In this document: piece after piece, positions 52,810 through 61,800 of the stretch
Numbering within the stretch: position 1 is the stretch's first letter
Layout: every line of letters starts with the position of its first letter
Source: an uncultured bacterium
Lineage (GTDB): Bacteria > Patescibacteriota > Minisyncoccia > Phycocordibacterales > GWA1-40-21
Direction of reading: 5' to 3'
Length of the DNA: 64,000 bases
Assembly: GCA_963798465.1 (NCBI GenBank)
Contig: CAWCTC010000001.1
Coordinates: 464,465 to 528,464 of the forward strand
Notes under the pieces: generated by a model
The model's input: the letters and a program-made list of their open reading frames with translations, nothing else
What the model was told of the DNA's origin: nothing
Databases searched by the model: none
Position numbers and translations under genes: made by a program

Positions 52810-54279
52810 ATGTTTAATCTTTTCAAAACAAAAAACAAGGAGACTGATATTCCTATTCATCTTTACAATACTTTAGGAAGAAAAAAAGAATTATTCAAGC
52901 CTATAAAGCAGGGGAAAATTTCTTTCTATCAATGCGGTCCGACAGTTTACTGGACTCAACATTTAGGAAATATGAGAGCTATGGTTATGGCTGATTTGAT
53001 AGACAGAACTTTCAAATATTTCGGCTACGATGTTGATTTTGTCAGAAATTACACCGACGTCGGGCATCTTACTTCGGACCGCGATTCCGGCGAAGATAAA
53101 ATGGAAAAAGCTTCCGCACGCGAACATTCTTCGCCAAAAGAAATTTCCGATAAATACATAAAAATATTTGAAAATGATTTGAAAGAATTGAATACACTTC
53201 CGCCGAGCGAGACGCCAAGAGCAACCGAATATATAAATGAAATAATTTCAATGGTTCAGATTCTGCTTGATAAAGGTTTCGCCTACTCGACCGACCTTGC
53301 GATTTATTTCGATGTTTCAAAAGCAAAAGATTATACGAAACTTTCTGGACAAAATCTTGAGGAAAATATTTCTGGCGCAGGCAGTGGCGATGTTGAAGAT
53401 CCGCAAAAAAAACATCCGGCAGATTTTTCCGTTTGGTTTTTCAAAGCGGGCAAGCATAAAGATGCTCTGCAATATTGGCCATCGCCGTTCACATCGCCTC
53501 TCGTAAAAGATGGCGAAGGTTTTCCCGGCTGGCATATTGAATGTTCCGCGATGATAAGGAAAATTCTCGGCAAAACGATTGATATTCATATGGGAGGAAT
53601 CGAGCACATTCCTGTTCACCACACAAATGAAATTGCGCAAAGCGAAGCTGTAAACGGCGTTCCGCTCGCAGATTATTGGGTGCACAATGAGTGGCTAGTT
53701 TTCAACAATGAAAAAATGTCAAAGTCGGAAGGAATAAGTTTGACTTTGGATGATGTTGTAAAAAAAGGATACAATCCGCTAGCTTTAAGATTTTTTTTCA
53801 TGCAAGCGCACTATCGTTCAAAACAAAATTTTACTTGGGAAGCGCTTGAAGCTGCACAGATTGGATATGTGAATTTAATTCATAAAATTTCAGAACTCGG
53901 AAATAAAATTGGAACTGTTGATGAAGATTTTAAAAAACAATTTTCTGAAAAAATTGCGGAAGATTTCAATTCCCCACAAGCTCTTGCCATTTTGTTTGAA
54001 ATGTTGAAAGCTGATCTGACAAATGAAAATAAACTCGCAACCGCATTTGATTTTGATAAAGTTTTGGGATTAAAATTTCAAGAAGAGTGGAAAAAACTAG
54101 AACTTGTTTTGAACAATATGAAAATGGACAGTGAAGTAATCAAACTTAGAGATGAAAGAGAAGAAGCGCGTAAAAATAAAGATTGGGAAAAATCCGATGA
54201 ACTAAGAAATAAAATTAATAATTTGGGCTATGAAATAAAGGATACACAAAATGGCCCAGAAATAAGAAGAAAACAATAA
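52810..54279 (+). CDS. cysS: cysteine--tRNA ligase
   Basis: CGPTVYWTQHLGNMR (HIGH-type) and KMSKSEG. Confidence 0.93.
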   Translation: MFNLFKTKNKETDIPIHLYNTLGRKKELFKPIKQGKISFYQCGPTVYWTQHLGNMRAMVMADLIDRTFKYFGYDVDFVRNYTDVGHLTSDRDSGEDKMEKASAREHSSPKEISDKYIKIFENDLKELNTLPPSETPRATEYINEIISMVQILLDKGFAYSTDLAIYFDVSKAKDYTKLSGQNLEENISGAGSGDVEDPQKKHPADFSVWFFKAGKHKDALQYWPSPFTSPLVKDGEGFPGWHIECSAMIRKILGKTIDIHMGGIEHIPVHHTNEIAQSEAVNGVPLADYWVHNEWLVFNNEKMSKSEGISLTLDDVVKKGYNPLALRFFFMQAHYRSKQNFTWEALEAAQIGYVNLIHKISELGNKIGTVDEDFKKQFSEKIAEDFNSPQALAILFEMLKADLTNENKLATAFDFDKVLGLKFQEEWKKLELVLNNMKMDSEVIKLRDEREEARKNKDWEKSDELRNKINNLGYEIKDTQNGPEIRRKQ

Positions 54280-54440
54280 AACTAGCCAATTTTGTAAGGA
54301 AAAACCCCACTTTTTCTGCACTTTTATATAAAAGTATCGATTTTTGTAGTGGCAAAAATCATCCACAACTTAAACACAGATTGTTCTATCTTCCTAGATT
54401 GCGGATATTCAAAATGCCGTGATAAAATTGTCTTTGTTAA

Positions 54441-54546
54441 CTTGTCCCGTGTGAAATTCAACACTGTACAAAATTTAGAGTAATAAATATAGAATCAATT
54501 AATCAAAACAGTCGAGTTTATCAAAACATTAAAATTTCTTTACGGG
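54441..54546 (+). repeat. 107-nt leader repeat, copy 3 (106 nt, ends at the ATG of dnaB)
   Basis: CTTGTCCCGTGTGAAATTCAACACTG...TATCAAAACATTAAAATTTCTTTACGGG|ATG. Confidence 0.9.
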
Positions 54547-55926
54547 ATGGCAACAGAAATCAGAAAAATAAATATAAGAATTCCTCCGCAAAATATTGAA
54601 TCGGAAAGAGCACTTTTGGGTTCCATAATGCTCCGTCCAGAAACTCTAGCTGAAATCATGGACATACTTCGCCCTGAAGCTTTTTATGCCGACAAGCATA
54701 AAACTATTTTTGAGGCGATGACTCATTTGTATGAAAGAAGAGAGCCAATAGACTTGCTGACTCTTTCTTCCAAACTGAAAGAATCCGTCGATCTGGATAG
54801 AATCGGCGGAATGAGTTATCTCACTGAAATGGTAAACTCGGTTCCCTCTTCCTCAAATGCAGAACATTATGCCGAAATAATTTCCAAAAAATATACCATG
54901 CGCAGACTTATAGAAGCTGCTGAAGGTATTGTAAAAATAGGTTATGATGAAGAAAGTCAAATTGAAGAACTTTTAGATAAAGCTGAGAAAAAACTTTATG
55001 AGGTGACAAGCAAAAATCTTTCTGGAAAATATGTAGAAATGAAAGATGTTTTGGGCGAGGCAATGGAAAGACTCGACAGACTTCACAAAACTAAAGGCGA
55101 ACTTCGCGGAGTGCCGACGGGTTTCAAAGATTTGGACAACAAGCTTTCCGGTTTCCAAAATTCAGATTTAATTATTTTGGCCGCTCGACCTTCCATGGGA
55201 AAAACTTCTCTAGCTTTGGATATCGCGAGAAATGCTTCAATCCGCCACAATATTCCGACTGCAATTTTTTCTCTTGAAATGAGCACTCAACAGCTCGTCG
55301 ACAGAATGCTTTCTGCCGAATCAAAAGTTGATGCATGGAGATTGAGAACAGGAAAACTTTCTTTGGAATCAGAATTCGAACAGATCAGAGCATCGCTTGA
55401 TCCACTTTCAAAAGCGCCTCTTTATATCGACGATCAGGCTGCAAATAATATTTTAAAAATCCGTTCAGTCGTCCGAAGATTGAAACACGAAAAAAATCTC
55501 GGATTGGTAATCATCGATTATTTGCAGCTTATGACACCAGTCAATACAAAAGGTGGAGACAATGTCGTCCAGCAAATTACGGAAATTTCCCACTCTTTAA
55601 AACAGCTTGCAAAAGAATTCGACATTCCAGTCCTCGCGCTTTCACAACTTTCAAGAGCTGTTGAACAGCGAGGCGGCAAGCCAAGACTTTCCGATTTGAG
55701 AGATTCAGGTTCCATCGAACAGGATGCAGATGTAGTGATTTTTATACACAGAGATGCAAACGACGAAGGCGGTGGTAAAAAACAAACGGCAGAAATAATG
55801 ATTGAAAAGCACAGAAACGGTCCGACGGGCAAAGTCGAATTATTCTTTGATGCCGACAAATCATCTTTCCTTTCCGTAGACAACTCGGCTCAATTCGGCG
55901 ATTTTAACCAGACAGGAACATTTTAG
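54547..55926 (+). CDS. dnaB: replicative DNA helicase
   Basis: PPQNIESERALLGS, ILAARPSMGKTSLAL, IDYLQLM, SQLSRAVEQR. Confidence 0.93.
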   Translation: MATEIRKINIRIPPQNIESERALLGSIMLRPETLAEIMDILRPEAFYADKHKTIFEAMTHLYERREPIDLLTLSSKLKESVDLDRIGGMSYLTEMVNSVPSSSNAEHYAEIISKKYTMRRLIEAAEGIVKIGYDEESQIEELLDKAEKKLYEVTSKNLSGKYVEMKDVLGEAMERLDRLHKTKGELRGVPTGFKDLDNKLSGFQNSDLIILAARPSMGKTSLALDIARNASIRHNIPTAIFSLEMSTQQLVDRMLSAESKVDAWRLRTGKLSLESEFEQIRASLDPLSKAPLYIDDQAANNILKIRSVVRRLKHEKNLGLVIIDYLQLMTPVNTKGGDNVVQQITEISHSLKQLAKEFDIPVLALSQLSRAVEQRGGKPRLSDLRDSGSIEQDADVVIFIHRDANDEGGGKKQTAEIMIEKHRNGPTGKVELFFDADKSSFLSVDNSAQFGDFNQTGTF

Positions 55927-55948
55927 CTTTAACAAATATACGAATTGC

Positions 55949-56314
55949 ATTGTCATTCCCGCGGAGGCGGGAATCCATTCTTCTGAATTAATTTATGAGT
56001 AAAAATTATTACGTTTATATTTTAGCAAGCGGAAGGAACGGAACATTATATATAGGAGTTACAAATAATTTATTACGGAGAATATATGAACATAAGAATG
56101 GTTTGATTGACGGTTTTACAAAAAAGTATAATGTTAAGATGTTGGTATATTTTGAATCAACCGAAGATATAGCAAGTGCGATAGCGAGAGAAAAAGCTTT
56201 GAAAAAATGGAATAGAAGTTGGAAGATAAGTCTGATACAAAGTGTGAATCCAGAGTGGAACGATTTGAGTTTAGAATTATAAGAATGGATTCCCGCCTCC
56301 GCGGGAATGACAAT
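55949..56314. mobile_element. GIY-YIG gene bracketed by perfect 34-bp inverted repeats (putative selfish cassette)
   Basis: ATTGTCATTCCCGCGGAGGCGGGAATCCATTCTT at 55949-55982 is the exact reverse complement of 56281-56314. Each arm also contains the hairpin TTCCCGC-ggag-GCGGGAA. Confidence 0.7.
55995..56282 (+). CDS. GIY-YIG nuclease superfamily protein (UPF0213-like)
   Basis: YYVYILASGRNGTLYIGVTNNLLRRIYEHKNG...AREKALKKWNRSWK. Confidence 0.88.
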   Translation: MSKNYYVYILASGRNGTLYIGVTNNLLRRIYEHKNGLIDGFTKKYNVKMLVYFESTEDIASAIAREKALKKWNRSWKISLIQSVNPEWNDLSLEL

Positions 56315-56324
56315 ACCACCGCTG

Positions 56325-56381
56325 TGTCATCCTCGCGAATGCGGGGATCCAGAAATTAAAAGAATTAACATAGGGATGACA
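56325..56381. repeat. second, ORF-less palindromic unit (TGTCATCC...GGATGACA)
   Basis: TGTCATCCTCGCGAATGCGGGGATCCAG...TAGGGATGACA. The terminal octamers are reverse complements. Inner hairpin CCTCGC-gaat-GCGGGG. Confidence 0.6.
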
Positions 56382-56391
56382 ATACAAAAAG

Positions 56392-57009
56392 ATGAACAGC
56401 ATAGATAAACTTATAAAAATATTTTCTGAATTTCCAGGCATCGGACCGAAGCAAGCCAGAAGGTTTGTTTATTTTTTAATAAATCGAAACGAAAATTATA
56501 TCGATGAATTAAAAAAAGAGATTACAGAACTAAGAAAAAATGTCGTTTCTTGCGCAGATTGCAAAAGATTTTTTTTGGCAAAACGCGACGACCAAGTTCT
56601 TTGTTCAATTTGTTCTGACAAAAATCGCGATAATAGCATTCTTATGATTGCCAGCAGAGACATCGATTTAGAAAATATTGAAAAGGGACATTCTTACAAT
56701 GGAAAATATTTTGTACTTGGCGGGCTTGTTCCAATTCTTGATAAGAATCCTGAACAAAGAATTCGTTTGAAAGAACTTTTGGCACTTGTCAGTAGGATGT
56801 CAGATAAAGGCTTGAAAGAAATTATTCTTGGACTTGATGCGAATTCTGAGGCTGAATACACTGGAAATATTTTAAAATCTTCTCTATCTCCAATCACAAC
56901 AAAATACTCTATAAAAATATCTGAACTTGGTCGAGGACTTTCAACAGGAACCGAGCTTGAATATTCTGATCCAGAAACAATTAAAAATGCGCTGAAAAAT
57001 AGAAGCTAA
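56392..57009 (+). CDS. recR: recombination protein RecR
   Basis: FPGIGPKQARRFVYFL, a C4 zinc finger (CADCKRF...CSICSD), and a Toprim region. Confidence 0.92.
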   Translation: MNSIDKLIKIFSEFPGIGPKQARRFVYFLINRNENYIDELKKEITELRKNVVSCADCKRFFLAKRDDQVLCSICSDKNRDNSILMIASRDIDLENIEKGHSYNGKYFVLGGLVPILDKNPEQRIRLKELLALVSRMSDKGLKEIILGLDANSEAEYTGNILKSSLSPITTKYSIKISELGRGLSTGTELEYSDPETIKNALKNRS

Positions 57010-57536
57010 ATATTCTTTACAGATTTAATTAGCTCATCAATATCTTTAAAAGTATTCAGTGTAATAACTTTATTCTTGTACGATTCGATGCGTTCATATG
57101 TCGTCATCTGTCCATTTTTGATACGGCTGTTTTTCGTTTGAAATTTCTTATAGAAAACATGCCACAAAAGCCATAATGTTCGCAACAAATCTTTATCTTC
57201 CCTTTTAATATATCGTTTAATTATGCTGTGCCATTGTGAAAAAATATTATCATGCTTTAGATAAATAATTATGTCAGCTGGTTCAAGACCGTTTTTTAAT
57301 AAAAAATGCGTTGTGCCCTCGACAATCCATTTATCTTTTTTGTATATTTCAGAAATTTCTGAAATCGATTTTGATTTTTCTTTATATGCAGAAAATTTTT
57401 TCTCATAAAGAAAGTCATCGGTTGAAAAGAAAGGGATGTTTAATTTCTTAGAAATATTTTTGGCAAGTGTAGTTTTGCCACGGCCCAGATCACCGATAAT
57501 AAGAATTTTTTTAGAATTTCTAATTCTGTTCTCCAT
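57006..57536 (-). CDS. P-loop NTPase (adenylate kinase / topology-modulation-protein-like)
   Basis: ILIIGDLGRGKTTLAKNISKKLNIPFFSTDDF. Confidence 0.6.
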   Translation of the reverse strand: MENRIRNSKKILIIGDLGRGKTTLAKNISKKLNIPFFSTDDFLYEKKFSAYKEKSKSISEISEIYKKDKWIVEGTTHFLLKNGLEPADIIIYLKHDNIFSQWHSIIKRYIKREDKDLLRTLWLLWHVFYKKFQTKNSRIKNGQMTTYERIESYKNKVITLNTFKDIDELIKSVKNI

Positions 57537-57537
57537 C

Positions 57538-59247
57538 AGACTATTTGTTCCTTTCTCTTAATTGCTGCTTTTATAAACTCCGTAAAAAGCGGATGCGGAG
57601 CAAGTGGTCTTGCTAAAAATTCTGGGTGGAATTGCGTACCCAAGAAAGAAATGGATGAGCTTTTCTCGGAAGCTCAGCGATTTCCATTAAAATTCCGCTG
57701 GGAGATTTGCCAGAGAAAATTAATCCTGCGTCGGTAATTCGTTCAACATATTCAGGGTTCACTTCATATCGATGCCTATGTCTTTCTTGTATGACATCTT
57801 TTCCATAAGCTTCATGAGCGATAGTTCCCTTTTCTAGATTTGCATCATAAGCTCCGAGACGCATACTTCCGCCATAATTACATTCTTCAAGAAGCTTTTT
57901 CTGATCTGGCATAATATCTATAATTGGATTTTTTGTCTTAGGATTTATTTCAGTTGTATTTGCATCTTCCAGACCTAAAACATTTCTCGCATATTCGATA
58001 ACCATAAGCTGCATTCCGTAGCAAAGTCCAAAATAAGGAATCTTGTGTTCACGTGCATATTGGATGACAGCAAGCTTTCCTTCAATTCCAGATTCTCCGA
58101 AACCCCCGGGAACAATTATTCCGTCATATTTTTCCAATGCTTTAAAATCAGCATTTTTTGCTTTTTCACCTTCATAATCTCTGGCATTTACAGTGTGAAT
58201 TTTAGCTTTTTTGCCGAGTTTGTAAGAAGAATATTTAATTGCTTCAAGCACGGAAACATAAGCGTCGGTAAGAACAAAATCTCCGGTATTAAAATATTTT
58301 CCGACAATAGCAATGTCTACAGTATCTTTAGTATTTTTAACGACATTCGCAAATTTTTCCCATTCCTTCATACCTGTCTCATTTTGTTTTTTTCTTAAAT
58401 GAAGAAGTTTTAAAAGAATATGACTAATGTCACCTTTTTCAAAATTTAATGGAACATCGAAAACACTTTCAATGTCCGGCGCAGAGATAACTTGTTCGGT
58501 TGGCAAACTGCATGAGATGGCAATTTTTTCTCTTCTTTTTTCGTCCATTGGAACCTCGCTTCTTGCAATAATAATATCTGTATTTACTCCATATGAAAAA
58601 AGCTGGCGGATTGCATTTTGAGTTGGTTTTGATTTCATTTCTCCAAGCATTGGAGGAACTGGCATATAGCTTACCATGACAAAAGCGACATCATTTGGAT
58701 GCATAACTTTCATAACGCGAGCTGCTTCAATAAACATTACATTTTGATAATCTCCAACCGTTCCGCCAATTTCAACCACAGTGATATCGGACTTATTTAC
58801 TTTTGCAGATTTTTCAAAACGGCGAATTATTTCATCTCTGATTTGTGGAATGGCTTCGACACATTTTCCTCCGTATTTGAGAGCACGTTCAGCTTCAATA
58901 ACATGTTTGTAAACCATTCCTGAAGTAATATAATCGTCGCCAGTCAAACTTCGATTTAAAAATCTTTCATAATTTCCTAGATCTTGATCTGTTTCAAGTC
59001 CGCAGTCAAGCACAAAAACTTCACCGTGTTCAACCGGATTCATTGTCCCTGCATCCACATTTAAATATGGATCTACTTTCATGAGATTTACTGCAAAACC
59101 TTTTGATTGAAGTATCGCACCAATAGAAGAAGTTGTAATTCCCTTTCCGACTCCGGACATCACGCCTCCGATAACGAAAATATATTTATGAGACTTTTTA
59201 GTCTTCCCTGCCCCGTGTGAATTTTCACTTGGTTTTAAGTTTGACAT
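57538..59247 (-). pseudogene. pyrG: CTP synthase with a single frameshift about 35 codons before the stop
   Basis: The 544-aa track ORF ends ...[14 protein letters not shown]. After about 57644-57648 the conserved tail [27 protein letters not shown] continues in another frame to a TGA that overlaps the ATG of the next gene. Confidence 0.9.
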
Positions 59248-59362
59248 AAGATTTGGTGTATATTAGATATATTAATGTTAAAAGATAAAGGTAATTCTGC
59301 CAAAATTATTTACGGGGTTTTCCATGAGTCTAATTTTAACAAATTAAAATAAAAAAGGAAAT

Positions 59363-59392
59363 AAAAAATCACGCTTACAAGCGTGATTTTTT
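59363..59392 (-). terminator. intrinsic terminator of rplU (ATCACGC...GCGTGAT, A/T flanks)
   Basis: 7-bp stem with T-runs on both strands. Confidence 0.75.
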
Positions 59393-59398
59393 GTGTTC

Positions 59399-59716
59399 TT
59401 ATTTTATTGAATCAATCTTAACTTTAAAATATTGCTGTCTGTGTCCGTTTTTCTTGAAGTATCTGCTCTTTTGCTTGTAATGAATGACTGTGACGGTAGG
59501 CAGCTTTCCTATTTCTTCAATTGTAGCTTCAACTTTGGCACCTTTAATAAAAGGTGTTCCGATGGTTGTATCTTTGCCATTATCAACAAGCAAGACTTCT
59601 TCAAAAGCGACTTTATCGCCTTCTTTTGCGCCAGTTGAAAGTCTTTCTATCTTTATAGAATCACCTTTCGAAACTTTATATTGCTTTCCGCCTGTTTTTA
59701 TTACTGCAAATTCCAT
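59399..59716 (-). CDS. rplU: 50S ribosomal protein L21
   Basis: MEFAVIKTGGKQYKVSKGDSIKIERL... Confidence 0.93.
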   Translation of the reverse strand: MEFAVIKTGGKQYKVSKGDSIKIERLSTGAKEGDKVAFEEVLLVDNGKDTTIGTPFIKGAKVEATIEEIGKLPTVTVIHYKQKSRYFKKNGHRQQYFKVKIDSIK

Positions 59717-59771
59717 AGGTCAATATACTACACGAAAATTGAAATTTTTGCAACCCGTTTATTTTCAAAGC

Positions 59772-60583
59772 TTATCTTGAATAAAATTGAAAGACTAATA
59801 CGCCGACTGCGACAATCAACCTATAATATATAAAAACATTCAAAGTGTGATTTTTTAGGAATTTCAGAAGGAAATCGATGGCAAATATGCCTATCACAAA
59901 TGCGGTGAGATGAGCCGAAAAATAAATTCAGATTATTCGTGTGCTAAATATTCCAGTGCATTGCAAGACTTAAAAATTGCTTTCATTCCAGAACCAAAAA
60001 TTATCGGAATGGACATCAAGAAACTAAATCTTGTCGCATCTTCTCGAGTAAGTCCCATAAAAAGTCCGCCGGAAATTGTCGCACCGGAACGCGAAAATCC
60101 TGGAACGAGGGCGAGACATTGGAAAAGTCCGACCCAAAGTCCGTCTATTATCGTGAGCTCCTTGTTTTTCTTGGAAAATTTTTCCGCGGCGAACATCACT
60201 CCACTTCCGATTATCAATACTATGCAGACAAGGACTGCGCTTCGGAAAGTCGTCTCCATATATTTTTCCAAAAGCAATCCGGCAATGACTGCTGGGATCG
60301 TTCCGATTATTATTGCCCAGATCATCACCTTATCCTTTTTGTCTATGGCTATTCCTCTTATCATCTGAAAAAATGCCGTAAGAAGGCGCCAGATATCTTT
60401 CCAAAAATAAACAATCAAAGCTAAAATTGTCGCCAATTGCAAAACAGCATCGAAAGCCAAATCCGTTGTGGTATGCCAGTTGAATAATTGTCGCGCAATG
60501 ATAAGATGCCCTGAAGAAGAAATCGGCAAAAACTCCGACACGCCCTGAACGACTCCCAAAATTATTGAATCAAAAATGCTCAT
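59772..60583 (-). pseudogene. uppP: undecaprenyl-diphosphate phosphatase with one frameshift near the C-terminal quarter
   Basis: The track ORF ends ...ALEYLAHE*. After about 59931-59941 the frame NNLNLFSAHLTAFVIGIFAIDFLLKFLKNHTLNVFIYYRLIVAVGVLVF continues to TAA 59772-59774. Confidence 0.85.
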
Positions 60584-60663
60584 GTTTGTTATATTTAATA
60601 ATTAAAATTAATATGTTACAATTATTGCACATTTAATAATTAAAAACAAAATCTTTTAAAAAA

Positions 60664-61449
60664 ATGCAAGCACAAAAAAATAATTTAATAATTCCAGCTT
60701 CGATACTTTTGGCTGGATTCCTAATTGCCGCCGGGATTTATTTTGCCGATAAAGGAAATAATCCTCCGGTCCAAAACAATCCGACTGCAAGCACTACTTC
60801 CGAAGACATCAATATAAATCCAGTTTCAAGTTCAGATCATATTTTAGGAGATCCAAATGCGCCTATCGTGATCGTCGAATTCTCCGACACAGAATGCCCA
60901 TATTGCAAAATGTTTCAGACGACTATGCAGACAATAATGGATACATACGGGAAAAATGGACAAGTCGCATGGGTCTACAGATATTTCCCTCTAGATCAGC
61001 TCCACTCAAAATCAAGAAATGAAGCCGAAGCTGTCGAATGTTCAAATACGCTTGGAGGCAGCACAGCCTTCTGGAAATATGAAGAAGAAATATATGCAAC
61101 GACAACATCAAACAACACGCTTGATTCATCAGCACTTCCTGTCATTGCAAAAGATATCGGACTTAATGTTTCAGATTTCAATACTTGTTTAGCCAGCAAT
61201 AAATATGCTGATCTCATACAAGCTGATGAACAAGATGGAATTAACGCCGGAGCTCAAGGAACACCATACAGCGTTCTTATCTTGAAAACTCCATTGTCGA
61301 GCGACGCAGAAAATACCATCGATACCTATGTTGCACAAAATGGACTGAGCCAGAATGTAACAATTTCCGGAAGCAAAAAACAAATCGTAATGAACGGCGC
61401 TTTGCCAGCAAATATGGTAGAAACTATCTTGGATGCTATTTTGAAATAA
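60664..61449 (+). CDS. DsbA-family thiol:disulfide oxidoreductase (membrane anchored)
   Basis: N-terminal TM segment and FSDTECPYCKMF (CxxC). Confidence 0.8.
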   Translation: MQAQKNNLIIPASILLAGFLIAAGIYFADKGNNPPVQNNPTASTTSEDININPVSSSDHILGDPNAPIVIVEFSDTECPYCKMFQTTMQTIMDTYGKNGQVAWVYRYFPLDQLHSKSRNEAEAVECSNTLGGSTAFWKYEEEIYATTTSNNTLDSSALPVIAKDIGLNVSDFNTCLASNKYADLIQADEQDGINAGAQGTPYSVLILKTPLSSDAENTIDTYVAQNGLSQNVTISGSKKQIVMNGALPANMVETILDAILK

Positions 61450-61461
61450 ATTAAAATTAAA

Positions 61462-61496
61462 AAACAGGAGCGACTTCAGGCCACTCCTGTTTTTTA
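61462..61496 (+). terminator. intrinsic terminator (ACAGGAG...CTCCTGT + T5)
   Basis: 7-bp stem and T-run after the DsbA-like gene. Confidence 0.7.
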
Positions 61497-61567
61497 ATTG
61501 ACATGGACAAATAGCATTTTACGTGATAAAATTTATTCGGATAAAAATTCAAATCAGGAGGGTTTTA

Positions 61568-61777
61568 ATGAAAAACTTATCGGATTTTTTGAAAGAAATC
61601 TGGAAAAAAACCGAAAATGAAGAACTTCGTTTTGGACATTTAAGATTGATGGTGAAAGCTTCAGGCGAAAAGCATTTTTATAAAACTCCCTATCGCCACC
61701 AGAAAATATTTTTTGCAAGAGTCGTAGACTTTTGCAAAAGATTGCCCAAAGAAACTAAGCGCGCAAACCGTTATTAA
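61568..61777 (+). CDS. hypothetical protein (69 aa)
   Basis: SD aggagg lies 7 nt upstream of ATG 61568. The track ORF starts earlier at a GTG. Confidence 0.45.
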   Translation: MKNLSDFLKEIWKKTENEELRFGHLRLMVKASGEKHFYKTPYRHQKIFFARVVDFCKRLPKETKRANRY

Positions 61778-61795
61778 CGGTTTGCGCGTTTTTTC
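61759..61795. terminator. terminator hairpin GCGCGCAAACCG-ttattaa-CGGTTTGCGCG + T6
   Basis: Overlaps the stop codon of ORF 61568. Lies between convergent genes. Confidence 0.8.
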
Positions 61796-61800
61796 ATATC

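Noticed and set aside
54359-54367. DnaA box (TCATCCACA, 8/9 match to TTATCCACA) upstream of dnaB as a sign of an origin.
   Set aside because: It is a single imperfect box with no cluster, no AT-rich unwinding repeats and no dnaA or dnaN nearby.
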